Assembly: GCA_011364985.1 (NCBI GenBank) | Contig: RDOC01000001.1 | Coordinates: 224,001-288,000, forward strand | From: Candidatus Thorarchaeota archaeon | GTDB lineage: Archaea; Asgardarchaeota; Thorarchaeia; Thorarchaeales; Thorarchaeaceae | Length of the DNA: 64,000 nt | Reading direction: 5' to 3' | In this document: piece after piece, positions 29,510 through 38,858 of the stretch | How positions within the stretch are numbered: position 1 is the first letter of the stretch | Layout of the letters: every line of letters starts with the position of its first letter | The notes under the pieces: generated by a model | Databases searched by the model: none | Seen by the model: the letters and a program-made list of their open reading frames with translations, nothing else | What the model was told of the DNA's origin: nothing | Made by a program: the position numbers and the translations under genes

Positions 29510-31732
29510 TCATGTGAGAGCATACGACTGATCAGGCGTCCGCGTTAGGATTGGATTGGTGTATATCCTATTTGTCTTGAAGGGGGCAAAAGCAACTCCG
29601 CCTGCATGGTAGAACTTGCTAAACCACTCGACAAAGTGCAAACGTAGTGTGTGCATGAATGCCAAAAGGCCCTCCAGAATTCCAACAATGAATGTGCCAA
29701 TAATCGCTCCGAGCAGAGGGAGGTATGCAGGGCCCCATGTTTCAGTGGCATCATTGAATACCTCATGTGGAACAATCTCCACGCCAAGAATAGACACTGC
29801 AGGGAAAGGAATCTCAATAATCGCAGGAATCATGGAGAAGAACACTCCACTGAGAATGACATGAACCGAGTTCAGTGCGAATATTCGTGCGTAGCTGACT
29901 GTGTGGCTAATCATTCCTATTGCATATTCAAGAAACACGACAGCGCCATCCATTCCGCCCTTGAAGGAGGCGACGGCCATTGTTATCATGGGCAAAATGA
30001 GTGTGAGCACTGTAAAGGAGAGAGGAGCTATGCCACTGGGGATATACACGCCGTTATTTCCAATTCCGTAGCCGATGCCAGCTATGGGAATCCAGAGATA
30101 GACTTGCTCTCCTGGGTCTGCATTGAACCACGCGTCAATACTGCCATAGCTCACTCCAAATATCAGATTAATAAATCCCAAGTATAGAATCAAATAGGAA
30201 ATCGCAACCATCGCTTCCCTACGCTCATGGTGTTTGATTCTATTGTACAAATTAAGCAGAATGCCAAGAAGAATATGGATAACACCTATTTCGATGGATA
30301 GTTTTAACATATGGGCAGATCGGTAGGGATTTTCTACGGGATGCCCATGATCGAGCAGAAGGTGGCCTTCAGCATCAAGCAAGTAGTAAGAGAAAGTTGG
30401 CCATAGGGGTTCGATTACTGTCTCAGCACCAAAGAAACTTCCAAATAGAAAGCCGCCGACCATGGCAAAGATTCCCATCAAGATTAGGCCTTCAGCACCC
30501 GATTGTAGGTAGCCCAGTATTTGTCCCCAATCATCGCCTCTGTTTCTAGACCGCCATGCCGCTAGTCCAATAAGGATAATCAAAAATCCTTGACCTACGT
30601 CTGAAAAGACAAATCCAAAGATAATCGGGAAGGACAAGAACATTAGCTTTGTGGGATCTAAGTCATGCTTTGAGGGAGTGCCATAAGCGTAAACGACATC
30701 TTGCGTTGGTTTCATGAATTTGGGATTGTTCAAATAGGTGGGAGACTCATGTTCTGCAAAATCAGGATACTCAAATTTGATATCCAACGCAGGGCCAACA
30801 ACGCTTCCAATAATTGACTCAAATTCATCTTCTGTTCCAGAGGGGATCCATCCCCATGCTTTGACGGACTGCTCGGTGTAGACTAGAAAGGCCTTGGCAC
30901 CAATCCTTTTGCTCTCTATGTCAAGAAGTTCCCAAGCGGCAAGGATGCGCGGCTTCCATTCGCGTGCAATGATTCTCTTTCTTGCGTCAATCTGATCAAG
31001 TTCGGCTTTGAGTTCGGCAATCTTCGTAGTGGCCTCGTCAGCAATATCTTCTGGGCGACCATCTGCTGCTATTGGAGTGCTAAATGACTCAAACTCCATT
31101 GCTGTGAGAATCCGTTCAACAGCGTTTCTACGATCAATTGGTACACTTAGAGTTGCGACTGCAACACCTCGCTTTAACGGCACGTGATTCATCACGTAGG
31201 CATCTTCTGTAACTTCCTTCAGACTCCACTCAAGCTGGCTCACTCGCCCCTGTGGAATCACGCCTGCTGTGGTAAAGGTAAATTCAGTCATCCCAAGCAT
31301 GGATGGATCAATGCCAAGGGGTTTCAAAGAAACTACTACATCATGTATTGCCAATTGCTTGTCGAGTTCCAATCGGGTAGCGGCATAATCAGCATCCAGC
31401 TCCACGATTTCCGGCTCCACCGAACGAATTACTTCTGAAGCATATTCAATTATGTTTTGAATGCTAGATTCATCAATGTCGATACGGGAACCAATCCCAC
31501 GTCCAAGTTTGATATCAAGAGAGGCCAGGATCTTCTGTAGCCTTTCGAGGGCAGCAAACACGCTTTCTTCATCTCGAGATCGCTTCACCTCAATGGCTGC
31601 TGCCTGATGAGTCACATCGATGAATTCGAAGAGGCCAAATTGATCGAGTGCAAGCAGAAGCTCTCTTTCCAAATCCCGATGAGTCACAACTCTGGCTACC
31701 AGCATCTCGGCTGGGCTCATTCTTAGTCCCAT
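29510..31732 (-). CDS. atpI: A/V-type ATP synthase subunit I (a)
   Basis: WGWIP, YGTP...LDPT, FGFVFSDVGQG, SHTVSYARIFAL (essential Arg), HTLRLHFVEWFSKFY. Confidence 0.95.
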   Translation of the reverse strand: MGLRMSPAEMLVARVVTHRDLERELLLALDQFGLFEFIDVTHQAAAIEVKRSRDEESVFAALERLQKILASLDIKLGRGIGSRIDIDESSIQNIIEYASEVIRSVEPEIVELDADYAATRLELDKQLAIHDVVVSLKPLGIDPSMLGMTEFTFTTAGVIPQGRVSQLEWSLKEVTEDAYVMNHVPLKRGVAVATLSVPIDRRNAVERILTAMEFESFSTPIAADGRPEDIADEATTKIAELKAELDQIDARKRIIAREWKPRILAAWELLDIESKRIGAKAFLVYTEQSVKAWGWIPSGTEDEFESIIGSVVGPALDIKFEYPDFAEHESPTYLNNPKFMKPTQDVVYAYGTPSKHDLDPTKLMFLSFPIIFGFVFSDVGQGFLIILIGLAAWRSRNRGDDWGQILGYLQSGAEGLILMGIFAMVGGFLFGSFFGAETVIEPLWPTFSYYLLDAEGHLLLDHGHPVENPYRSAHMLKLSIEIGVIHILLGILLNLYNRIKHHERREAMVAISYLILYLGFINLIFGVSYGSIDAWFNADPGEQVYLWIPIAGIGYGIGNNGVYIPSGIAPLSFTVLTLILPMITMAVASFKGGMDGAVVFLEYAIGMISHTVSYARIFALNSVHVILSGVFFSMIPAIIEIPFPAVSILGVEIVPHEVFNDATETWGPAYLPLLGAIIGTFIVGILEGLLAFMHTLRLHFVEWFSKFYHAGGVAFAPFKTNRIYTNPILTRTPDQSYALT

Positions 31733-31779
31733 AATGTTCCACCGTAGAGCATCACCAGAACATACCAAAATGGGAGGCG

Positions 31780-31925
31780 TTTCGAAGCAATAATCTGGTA
31801 ATGAATTGGCCCTCTCTGCATAAGATAAACATTATGAAATGAAATCACTAATTCATGTTTAACAAATATAGCCCAATCTTTATCAATACTTGAGATTGGA
31901 AATCCTTGTCTAGGATTTCTTGAGG
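31780..31925. promoter_or_regulatory. AT-rich divergent promoter region between subunit I and subunit H genes
   Basis: AT-rich non-coding stretch with TTTAA/TTTAT elements between divergent starts. Confidence 0.4.
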
Positions 31926-31933
31926 AACCAGCC

Positions 31934-32275
31934 ATGTGTGCGGCGCATGAACAAATCGGTCAGATACATGAGGCTGAGGTCTCTGCAAAGAAAGAGGTTG
32001 GTGTAGCCGAAAAGCGCGCTAAGGAAATAAGGGAGAAAGCGGATAAGGACGCAAAAGAGATTATCACAGCTGCTCAGAAAGAGGCGCAAATGATTCTGCA
32101 AAGACACTCGAATGGCCTCCAAGATAGGAAGAGGGAGATTGAGCAAAGTACTCTGAACGAGTCCGAGAAGATTACGAAGCAAATAGAGAAATCTGCACGT
32201 GGAAGATTTGATGACGCAGTAAAGCAAGCCGTTCGGATGATTACTGGAGTGGATGAGCAGGATGGAAGGCGTTGA
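31934..32275 (+). CDS. atpH: A/V-type ATP synthase peripheral stalk subunit H (G)
   Basis: 113-aa charged helical protein (I.EAE..A...V..A...A.EI...A...A.EII..A..EA), overlapping subunit E. Confidence 0.75.
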   Translation: MCAAHEQIGQIHEAEVSAKKEVGVAEKRAKEIREKADKDAKEIITAAQKEAQMILQRHSNGLQDRKREIEQSTLNESEKITKQIEKSARGRFDDAVKQAVRMITGVDEQDGRR

Positions 32276-32888
32276 GAATATCATAGACATAATCAAAGCC
32301 AAAACAACCCAACAGACCGACAAGATTGTTGCTGATGCGAATGCATACAAGAATGAGCGAATCAAACGTGCCAAGGAGCAGGCAAAGACCATTGTTGAGA
32401 AGGCCACTTCAAGAGCCGAAAATGAAACTCATTTGGAGGTTTCAAAGTATCAAGCGGGCGCAATTCTCAAACATAAGTATATGATTCTCAATACGAAAGA
32501 ATCCATAATGAAAGAGGTCCTAGATAGCGCATGGGACCAAGCGATGAAGAAGGTTGGCAAAGCCGATTACAAAGTAATCCTAACCCGTCTTGCTGTGTAT
32601 GGAGGCGCAACCCTCAATGTTGATGAGATAGAGATTCTTCTTCCCGATGGCATCAAATCCACAGTGGATGAAGAAGAGGTAGCAAAGGGAATTGAAGAGC
32701 GGATCGGGAAAAAGACGAAGGTCAAAATGTCCAAAGAAAAGATTCGAGCTTCAGGTGGACTTATCGTACGAGCTACCGATGGGACCAAGTGGGTGGATAA
32801 TACATTCGAAGCAAGACGAGAGAGGAGAGAAGAAGATATCCGCGATATGATTGCTTCGGTTCTCTTTGGGAAAGAAGAAAAATCTTAG
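32253..32888 (+). CDS. atpE: A/V-type ATP synthase subunit E
   Basis: GVENIIDII N-terminus, helical stalk, SGGLIV...DG..WVDNTFEAR, IASVLF. Confidence 0.9.
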   Translation: MSRMEGVENIIDIIKAKTTQQTDKIVADANAYKNERIKRAKEQAKTIVEKATSRAENETHLEVSKYQAGAILKHKYMILNTKESIMKEVLDSAWDQAMKKVGKADYKVILTRLAVYGGATLNVDEIEILLPDGIKSTVDEEEVAKGIEERIGKKTKVKMSKEKIRASGGLIVRATDGTKWVDNTFEARRERREEDIRDMIASVLFGKEEKS

Positions 32889-32936
32889 AGAGAACGGGTG
32901 ATATCGCGTCCATCCCTAGGTGACATGTTCTACTTC

Positions 32937-33332
32937 CTAGACCAGAGTACCAATATATCCCACTAAGAGGAAGGCAATAACAAATCCGTAGATTGCAATG
33001 GCTTCGATGAAAACAACGTAGAGAATACTCTTACCAAAGGTCTCTGGTTTTTCAGTGATTGCACCGAGAGCTGCGGCTGATGCAGTACCCATTCCAACGC
33101 CACCACCGATACCAGCAAGACCAATCGCCAAACCTGCTCCAATCGCAAGGCCAAGGATTGCCAAACCATTACCTTCGGTCTGCAATGGCATAAAGCCAGG
33201 ATTGGCGGGCGTACCCAAAGCATGCAAAGTAGAGGGGAGGTTGAACGTGACAAGAGCCACCATTACAAATAGGAATCCTACAAAGCCCAAGATAAATATG
33301 AAAAGGCTGCTTGTCCGCGTATCGATCTTCAC
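32937..33332 (-). CDS. atpK: A/V-type ATP synthase proteolipid subunit K (c), single hairpin with extra N-terminal hydrophobic helix
   Basis: GAGLAIGLAGIGGGVGMG...GAITEKPETFGKSILYVVFIEAIAIYG. GTG start after GGAGG. Confidence 0.93.
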   Translation of the reverse strand: MKIDTRTSSLFIFILGFVGFLFVMVALVTFNLPSTLHALGTPANPGFMPLQTEGNGLAILGLAIGAGLAIGLAGIGGGVGMGTASAAALGAITEKPETFGKSILYVVFIEAIAIYGFVIAFLLVGYIGTLV

Positions 33333-33349
33333 TGAATTCCATCCTCCAA

Positions 33350-34408
33350 TTACCAAATTGTGATCATTCTTCTAATGTTGTCTGCTGCCATTCCTCTTTC
33401 TAAACCTACCGCAATAGACCGAAGGTTGCGAATTTCATAGTGCTTCAGGCTAAAGAAGCCAAGAATAGTACCTATGTGAAAGGGGTATGCAGTGAGCTGG
33501 AGTTTGACACGCATGGCGATGTAGTCTTCAATTGCCAATTCCAGTTCGGAGATGTCGTTGGTTTCTTCGTACAAACGTGCCAGTCTGCCAGCAAGCTGTG
33601 CGTAACGTGTTTCGTTGAGTTTGTTTATGGCTTCTCTCCAAGAAGGGCTATTCATTATCGACTCTGTCAGTGCATTTCGAGTGAATCGAATCATTGACAT
33701 CTCGATAGCTCTGGTGTCTAGTTGAAGAGCCAAAGCTCGAATCATTGTAAGGAGATTTCGCAGGTCCACACGGGCCTCCAAGACATCAAGGGCTCTTTCC
33801 CTATCTTGTTGCGGAAACTTCTTCAGCACTTCAAGAACGGAACGGAGATACCATTCTTCGACGGCGACCTCAAGAGGTGCCGTTGAGTCAAGCTCTTCAT
33901 ACGCTGGCAACCGTGTTAGAAGAGCGATTTTTGGTTCCCAGTATGGCATCATCTCAATGGCACGATTCACAGAGCCCTGATCAACAAGAGACTCGAACTC
34001 CTGTGTCTGACTGGGGGATGTGGGGACAAGGTATGCCAGTATCTCATTCCTATCAAGACCTACATGCAGCCCTCGAAGGATAGACTTGATATTCTCTGCC
34101 AAGAACATATCAAGGTAGGTTTCTGTAAAGGCCCGAGCCTTTCCTGTAAGTGTTCGAGTTAGGCGATAGCTCACATCTGCATAGTCCTTTGCCAGAATCT
34201 GACCAAGCTCTGCAGCATTGGGAACTTCTTGTGGATATTCTCCGGCAATCAGTGGGCCGTAGTATGTTTCAGATAGGCCTCGTATGAACTCGACATAGCT
34301 GGGAGATTGCAGGAGCCTTTCATAATCCCCGACCGTTAGAAATCGCGCCTTTAGACCTCTTATTCGTGTGTTAACATATGCGTATTCACTTACTGCACGA
34401 AAGGCCAT
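33350..34408 (-). CDS. atpC: A/V-type ATP synthase subunit C (d)
   Basis: YAYVNTRIRGLKARFL, ENIKSILRG, DLRNLLT.IRA, K.YEIRNLRSIAVG. Confidence 0.92.
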   Translation of the reverse strand: MAFRAVSEYAYVNTRIRGLKARFLTVGDYERLLQSPSYVEFIRGLSETYYGPLIAGEYPQEVPNAAELGQILAKDYADVSYRLTRTLTGKARAFTETYLDMFLAENIKSILRGLHVGLDRNEILAYLVPTSPSQTQEFESLVDQGSVNRAIEMMPYWEPKIALLTRLPAYEELDSTAPLEVAVEEWYLRSVLEVLKKFPQQDRERALDVLEARVDLRNLLTMIRALALQLDTRAIEMSMIRFTRNALTESIMNSPSWREAINKLNETRYAQLAGRLARLYEETNDISELELAIEDYIAMRVKLQLTAYPFHIGTILGFFSLKHYEIRNLRSIAVGLERGMAADNIRRMITIW

Positions 34409-34561
34409 TTACTTGCCCATCCAAATAAACAGGTAAAAGAGGGAACAACGAGCATCTTCCGAGAGGATGATATAAGGTTGACGACATAGGGCCTTGGTCT
34501 TCACTCACCTCAGTAGAAGAATTCAAATAACCGGTGAAGTATTTGTTGATGGGAGATAACC

Positions 34562-35146
34562 ATGACTGACGAGGCCAGCACATATACGAAAAGAGATGTC
34601 TTTGACCTGGGCAGTATGTTCAGAAGCTCAGCAACCATATCTTTTGTGATACAAATCGCAGCTGTCATTCTTATGATTGGGTCCTTGATCGCCTTTGCGA
34701 TTGGAGACTTGTTTCTTGCTCTAAACGATGAACTGAAGGTACTTCTGTTTCTGATCATATCCATTCTCTTTCTAGCCATGTTCCTGGCTGCAATCAGCAT
34801 CTTTGTTAGATTCTCCAGACGTATTGGAAACACAGTCGTGGGTCCAGGCATTGAGCAGGTGCGATTCGACACTCCCGGGGTAAAGGGAGTTGTCATTCTC
34901 TACGGAGTCTTGGTGGCCTTGATGGCTATTCTGGGAATCTATGGCTGGTACCTGATTGACATCTACTATCTGACACCCTTTGCTGCTTCCTTTAACTCCA
35001 TATCACTCAGAATCTTTGGACTTGCATTGGGAGCTTTCTTCATTGCTTTTCTGGTTCAGATAATCATAGCAGGTGTTGGTAGAAGCGCAACGAAAGTGAT
35101 AATCGAAGTGCTAGATGCAGACGATGATGAGGAGTTTCTCAGGTAG
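34562..35146 (+). CDS. Hypothetical 4-TM membrane protein
   Basis: Four hydrophobic segments and an acidic C-terminal tail (DADDDEEF). Confidence 0.75.
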   Translation: MTDEASTYTKRDVFDLGSMFRSSATISFVIQIAAVILMIGSLIAFAIGDLFLALNDELKVLLFLIISILFLAMFLAAISIFVRFSRRIGNTVVGPGIEQVRFDTPGVKGVVILYGVLVALMAILGIYGWYLIDIYYLTPFAASFNSISLRIFGLALGAFFIAFLVQIIIAGVGRSATKVIIEVLDADDDEEFLR

Positions 35147-35474
35147 AATCAGAGATACCCATCCTGTCTGAGAAATCAAACTCCTCATAGATTTCTTCAA
35201 GAGGCGGACTCCAAGTTCGCTTCATCGTTGACTGTTGGTCCATTCGATCATAGTATCCAACTGTCACATATACACTGTAAATGCCAAAAAGGAAGCCGAC
35301 TAGGAGACCCCCTAAAGACCCCCATAATGCACCCTGAGGGCCCCACCATGTAGAGCCGAGATAATTCCCAATGGAGAGCATGATGATTATAGAACAGGGA
35401 AGCTCAGAAGCCACTGCAAGCCATCGCCCAATTCCGGTCATTCCTGAAGATACTGAGTCGGTATCACTGCTCAT
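35139..35474 (-). CDS. AtpZ/AtpI (ATPase gene 1)-like two-helix membrane protein
   Basis: LAVASELPCSIIIMLSIGNYLGSTW...GLLVGFLFGIYSVY resembles the AtpZ pattern (..G.E.......G..LD.......G...G...G.Y). Lies next to ATP synthase genes. Confidence 0.55.
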   Translation of the reverse strand: MSSDTDSVSSGMTGIGRWLAVASELPCSIIIMLSIGNYLGSTWWGPQGALWGSLGGLLVGFLFGIYSVYVTVGYYDRMDQQSTMKRTWSPPLEEIYEEFDFSDRMGISDST

Positions 35475-35589
35475 GACAGTATTGTATCATCTAGCACGGA
35501 TATAGCTGTTGGTTATTGTAGTTTAGCAGCTGTGCAGCTGAGCCAAGGCTTTTGTGTGGATTGTGCAATAAATTGCACAGGTTCAAGCT

Positions 35590-36876
35590 ATGACGATGGA
35601 CCTCAGATACGGAAATCGAACCATAAATCTCAATATCCCAGACAAAAACATCGCCGGGATGATAGAGCCAAGGAAAGCACATGTACTCTCTAACATCGAC
35701 GAGGAATTGTCTAGAGTGCTTGCCAATCCTCATGGACCACAGCTTGAGGAGATTGTGAGAAGCAAGAGCATTTGTGTACTGGTAGAGGATCATACTCGTG
35801 ATGAGCCACATTATGCCTTGCTTAATGCAATAGCACCACTTCTGAGGGACGCAAACAGAATACAATTCATTATTACCACTGGGTCCCACGAGGTTGAGCA
35901 TCCTGGCAATCTTGAGATTGTAGAGCTGATCAGACGTGTAGCGCAGGATGTCAAGCTTGGCAATTTCGATATTGTGATCAACGACTGCCATAACAGCGAA
36001 ATGACTCACCTCGGAGAAACTAGCCGTGGAACCCCTCTTATAGTGAATTCAGCAGCTGTAGGACATGATGTATACGTAGTGGCCGCTGATATGAAAGCGC
36101 ATTATTTCGCTGGCTACTCTAATGCCCTCAAGAACTTCCTTCCCGGAATCTGTGCCTTTGAAACTATTGAAGCAAATCATTCAATGGCTCTGAATCCCAG
36201 CTCTACCTTTGGAAGGCATCCATACCATCCAGACCCTGATAGAAGAGACAACCCATTAGCCGAGGATATGAGAGAGGCCATGGAGATTATCACGAAGGAT
36301 GCAAAGGTCTTCACTTTGTCAGTGATTACAGATGAAGGGAAGCTGATTTGGGCAGACGCAGGGAAAGTTGAACCGGTGGTGGCTGGAGGGATAGAGATTC
36401 TGGACGAAACAGCTAGCTTCATCGTTCAGCCTGTTTCAAGGATCATTGTTTCACCGGGAGGTTATCCGCAAGACAAGAGCCTGTACCATGCCCAGAGAGG
36501 CCTCGAACTCACAAAGAATGCTGTGGAAGATGATGGTGAGATTCTGTTCTTGGCAGAATGTCGTGACGGAGTTGCACCCCCTGAAGCGACAGAGAACTTC
36601 TACAATAAGCTAGTTGTTCCATTGGATGATGTCATTGCCTCCATCAGCGGAAAATACCATCTCTATGAGCATAAAGCGTACAAGTTTGCCGAGCTTCTCA
36701 AGAGAGTTGCCAGTATTAAGATGTACACTGAGTTAGAGAAGGATGTTGTAGAGTCAGCTCATCTGGAAAAGGTGACAAACCTGCAAAAGGTCATTGATGC
36801 ATGGATAGAAGCGGATCCGGAAGTAAAGATTCTTGTTCTTGACAAGGCCAACAAGATTGCGGTCTATGCCAAGTGA
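35590..36876 (+). CDS. larA: Nickel-pincer-dependent lactate racemase family (LarA-like) protein
   Basis: EDHTR, TTGSH, HYFAGYSNALKNFLPG (His and cofactor Lys), IEANH, SPGGYPQD..LY.A..G, AECRDG. Confidence 0.88.
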   Translation: MTMDLRYGNRTINLNIPDKNIAGMIEPRKAHVLSNIDEELSRVLANPHGPQLEEIVRSKSICVLVEDHTRDEPHYALLNAIAPLLRDANRIQFIITTGSHEVEHPGNLEIVELIRRVAQDVKLGNFDIVINDCHNSEMTHLGETSRGTPLIVNSAAVGHDVYVVAADMKAHYFAGYSNALKNFLPGICAFETIEANHSMALNPSSTFGRHPYHPDPDRRDNPLAEDMREAMEIITKDAKVFTLSVITDEGKLIWADAGKVEPVVAGGIEILDETASFIVQPVSRIIVSPGGYPQDKSLYHAQRGLELTKNAVEDDGEILFLAECRDGVAPPEATENFYNKLVVPLDDVIASISGKYHLYEHKAYKFAELLKRVASIKMYTELEKDVVESAHLEKVTNLQKVIDAWIEADPEVKILVLDKANKIAVYAK

Positions 36877-36894
36877 GATATTGGCGTCAGACGC

Positions 36895-38406
36895 TTACCA
36901 GTGGATTGACTTTATTGCTTCATAGAGAGTTCTATATCGTGTGTATCCGGCATCGTAAATCGATCGCGTTTCATCCCTTGGATTGAGAGGCGTTAGCGGT
37001 CTGACCATGCAATCCGCTGTTTCAACGAGCGAATCATAGATACCGATGCCCAAATATGCAAGCATGGCCGCCCCCAATGCAGTTGCCTCTTCTATCTCTG
37101 TTCTAATCACAGGCTTGTTCACAACATCAGCTTGAATCTGCATCCAAGTTTCACTACGAGCGGCGCCACCGGTGACCCTCATCTCCCTCGCTGCAACTCC
37201 CAGGTCATTCATGACATCGAGATTTGTCTTAATCTCATACGAAACTCCTTCCAGAATTGCACGAATCAGATGATGACGTGTGTGTCCAAGAGCGAGCCCT
37301 GCGAAAATTCCGCGGGCATACGGATTCCAATAGGGAGCACCTGCACCTGCGAAGTGAGGAATATGAACAATTCCCTCCGAACCAGGAGGGACATCAGCTG
37401 CGCACTCTGTAATGACCTCGTAAGGATCAATGCCTCTTTCCTCTGCGATTTCTCTCTCAGGACTGCCCAGCTGGTCTCTAAACCATCGCAGTGCCGAGCC
37501 AGTTGTAAACATGCTAGCTTCGATGACAAAAGAATTAGGGACTACATGTCTACTGCAAAGCACGCGTCGTGAGGCATCTAGTTTCTTCTCTCTTGAAAAT
37601 GCCAGTATGAAAGTTCCAGTGCCGGTTGTGGACTTCAACGAGCCAGGATGAACAACACCAACACCCAGAGCAGCACACTGCTGATCGCCTCCACCTGCCA
37701 CAACAGGTGTGCCTGTCTCCAGTCCGCATACCTTTGAGGCTTCTGAAGAAACCTCGCCCAAGATTGTTCCGGATTGTACTGGTGTGGGAAGCTTTTCTCC
37801 AGGTAGTTCGAGAGCATCAAGCATCCTTTTTGACCACTTTGCCTGTTCTATGTCAAAGAGAAGAGTCCTGCTAGCATTGGAGAAGTCTGTTGTCATCGTT
37901 CCAGTTAGGCAGAACACAAGGTAGTCATGGACAAGGAGGAACGCATGTGCATCCTCGTATATTACGGGTTCATGTTCCTTGAGCCAGAGAAGCTTTGGCG
38001 CAGTGAAGTAGGGATCCACCGTAAGTCCAGTTATCGTGTAGACATCATTATCAGGGATCTGCTCCTTTATCCATTCGCATTGAGGAACCGTTCGCCTGTC
38101 TTGCCAGACGATTGCATTGTATAGGGGTCTCCCGTTCTCTCCAATTGGAACTACCGTTTCACGTTGGTTCGTGACGCTCACAGCTGCAATTCGAGAACAA
38201 GGGGTGCTGCTAGACTGAAGACATAAGTCTATGGTTGCGCACGTTGCATTCCACCAATCATCAGCGTTCTGCTCTACCCAGGACGGTCGAGGAAAAATAC
38301 TCTCGAACTCCTCGTATGCCCTTGCCTTGACAGTTCCATCAGGAGCAAAGAGCATGGAACGCACACCAGTCGTGCCTGCATCTATTGCAAGAACAAGCTC
38401 ACTCAT
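36895..38406 (-). CDS. FGGY-family kinase (xylulokinase/glycerol kinase-like)
   Basis: IDAGTTGVR, TNQRET, AIVWQDRR, TDFSNASRT, GGGDQQCA, GAGAPYW, TGGAARS..WMQIQAD. Confidence 0.92.
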   Translation of the reverse strand: MSELVLAIDAGTTGVRSMLFAPDGTVKARAYEEFESIFPRPSWVEQNADDWWNATCATIDLCLQSSSTPCSRIAAVSVTNQRETVVPIGENGRPLYNAIVWQDRRTVPQCEWIKEQIPDNDVYTITGLTVDPYFTAPKLLWLKEHEPVIYEDAHAFLLVHDYLVFCLTGTMTTDFSNASRTLLFDIEQAKWSKRMLDALELPGEKLPTPVQSGTILGEVSSEASKVCGLETGTPVVAGGGDQQCAALGVGVVHPGSLKSTTGTGTFILAFSREKKLDASRRVLCSRHVVPNSFVIEASMFTTGSALRWFRDQLGSPEREIAEERGIDPYEVITECAADVPPGSEGIVHIPHFAGAGAPYWNPYARGIFAGLALGHTRHHLIRAILEGVSYEIKTNLDVMNDLGVAAREMRVTGGAARSETWMQIQADVVNKPVIRTEIEEATALGAAMLAYLGIGIYDSLVETADCMVRPLTPLNPRDETRSIYDAGYTRYRTLYEAIKSIHW

Positions 38407-38470
38407 TGTGATGTCACAAATCAGGCATTGCTCAATCCTTGATAAGAAAGCTTCGACGTGTAGGAAGGTG

Positions 38471-38767
38471 CTACGATCTATAACTTCGTTCAGATTCGAT
38501 GACCTCTCGTAGGTCTCTGCGGAATCCGGATCCTACCAGATGAAGTTTGAGACTTCGATTGTTCTGAATCTGTTTCTCTCGACGCGTTGCATTGCCTCGG
38601 TCATCGCACTCCTCAAGATAGACCAGATACTTTGGCTTGTGAGCACGAAGATAAGCAGCCCCCTTTGGGCTTCCCGAAACATGTTCCGAAAAACGTCTTT
38701 GCAGATCGTTGGTTTGGCCTGTGTAGTAGGTACCATCTTCAGTTTCAATAATATAGACGAAGTACAT
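38471..38767 (-). CDS. GIY-YIG nuclease family protein (UPF0213-like)
   Basis: YFVYII...DGTYYTGQTNDLQRRF.EH...KGA.Y, A.RREKQI. Confidence 0.9.
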   Translation of the reverse strand: MYFVYIIETEDGTYYTGQTNDLQRRFSEHVSGSPKGAAYLRAHKPKYLVYLEECDDRGNATRREKQIQNNRSLKLHLVGSGFRRDLREVIESERSYRS

Positions 38768-38858
38768 TGATCTGCGACCAGCTATGTCAGTCAGTTGACC
38801 GGATATAGGCCTTTGCAATACCGAAAATGCGTGCAGGTTCTTGGAGCCTCATTCATGG

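Noticed and set aside
31910-32407. 165-aa antisense ORF over ATP synthase H/E, and similar antisense ORFs throughout the track
   Set aside because: Shadow frames of well-supported genes on the opposite strand
38471-38767. GIY-YIG gene as a homing endonuclease or mobile element
   Set aside because: Short stand-alone UPF0213-type domain with no intron, intein or terminal repeats
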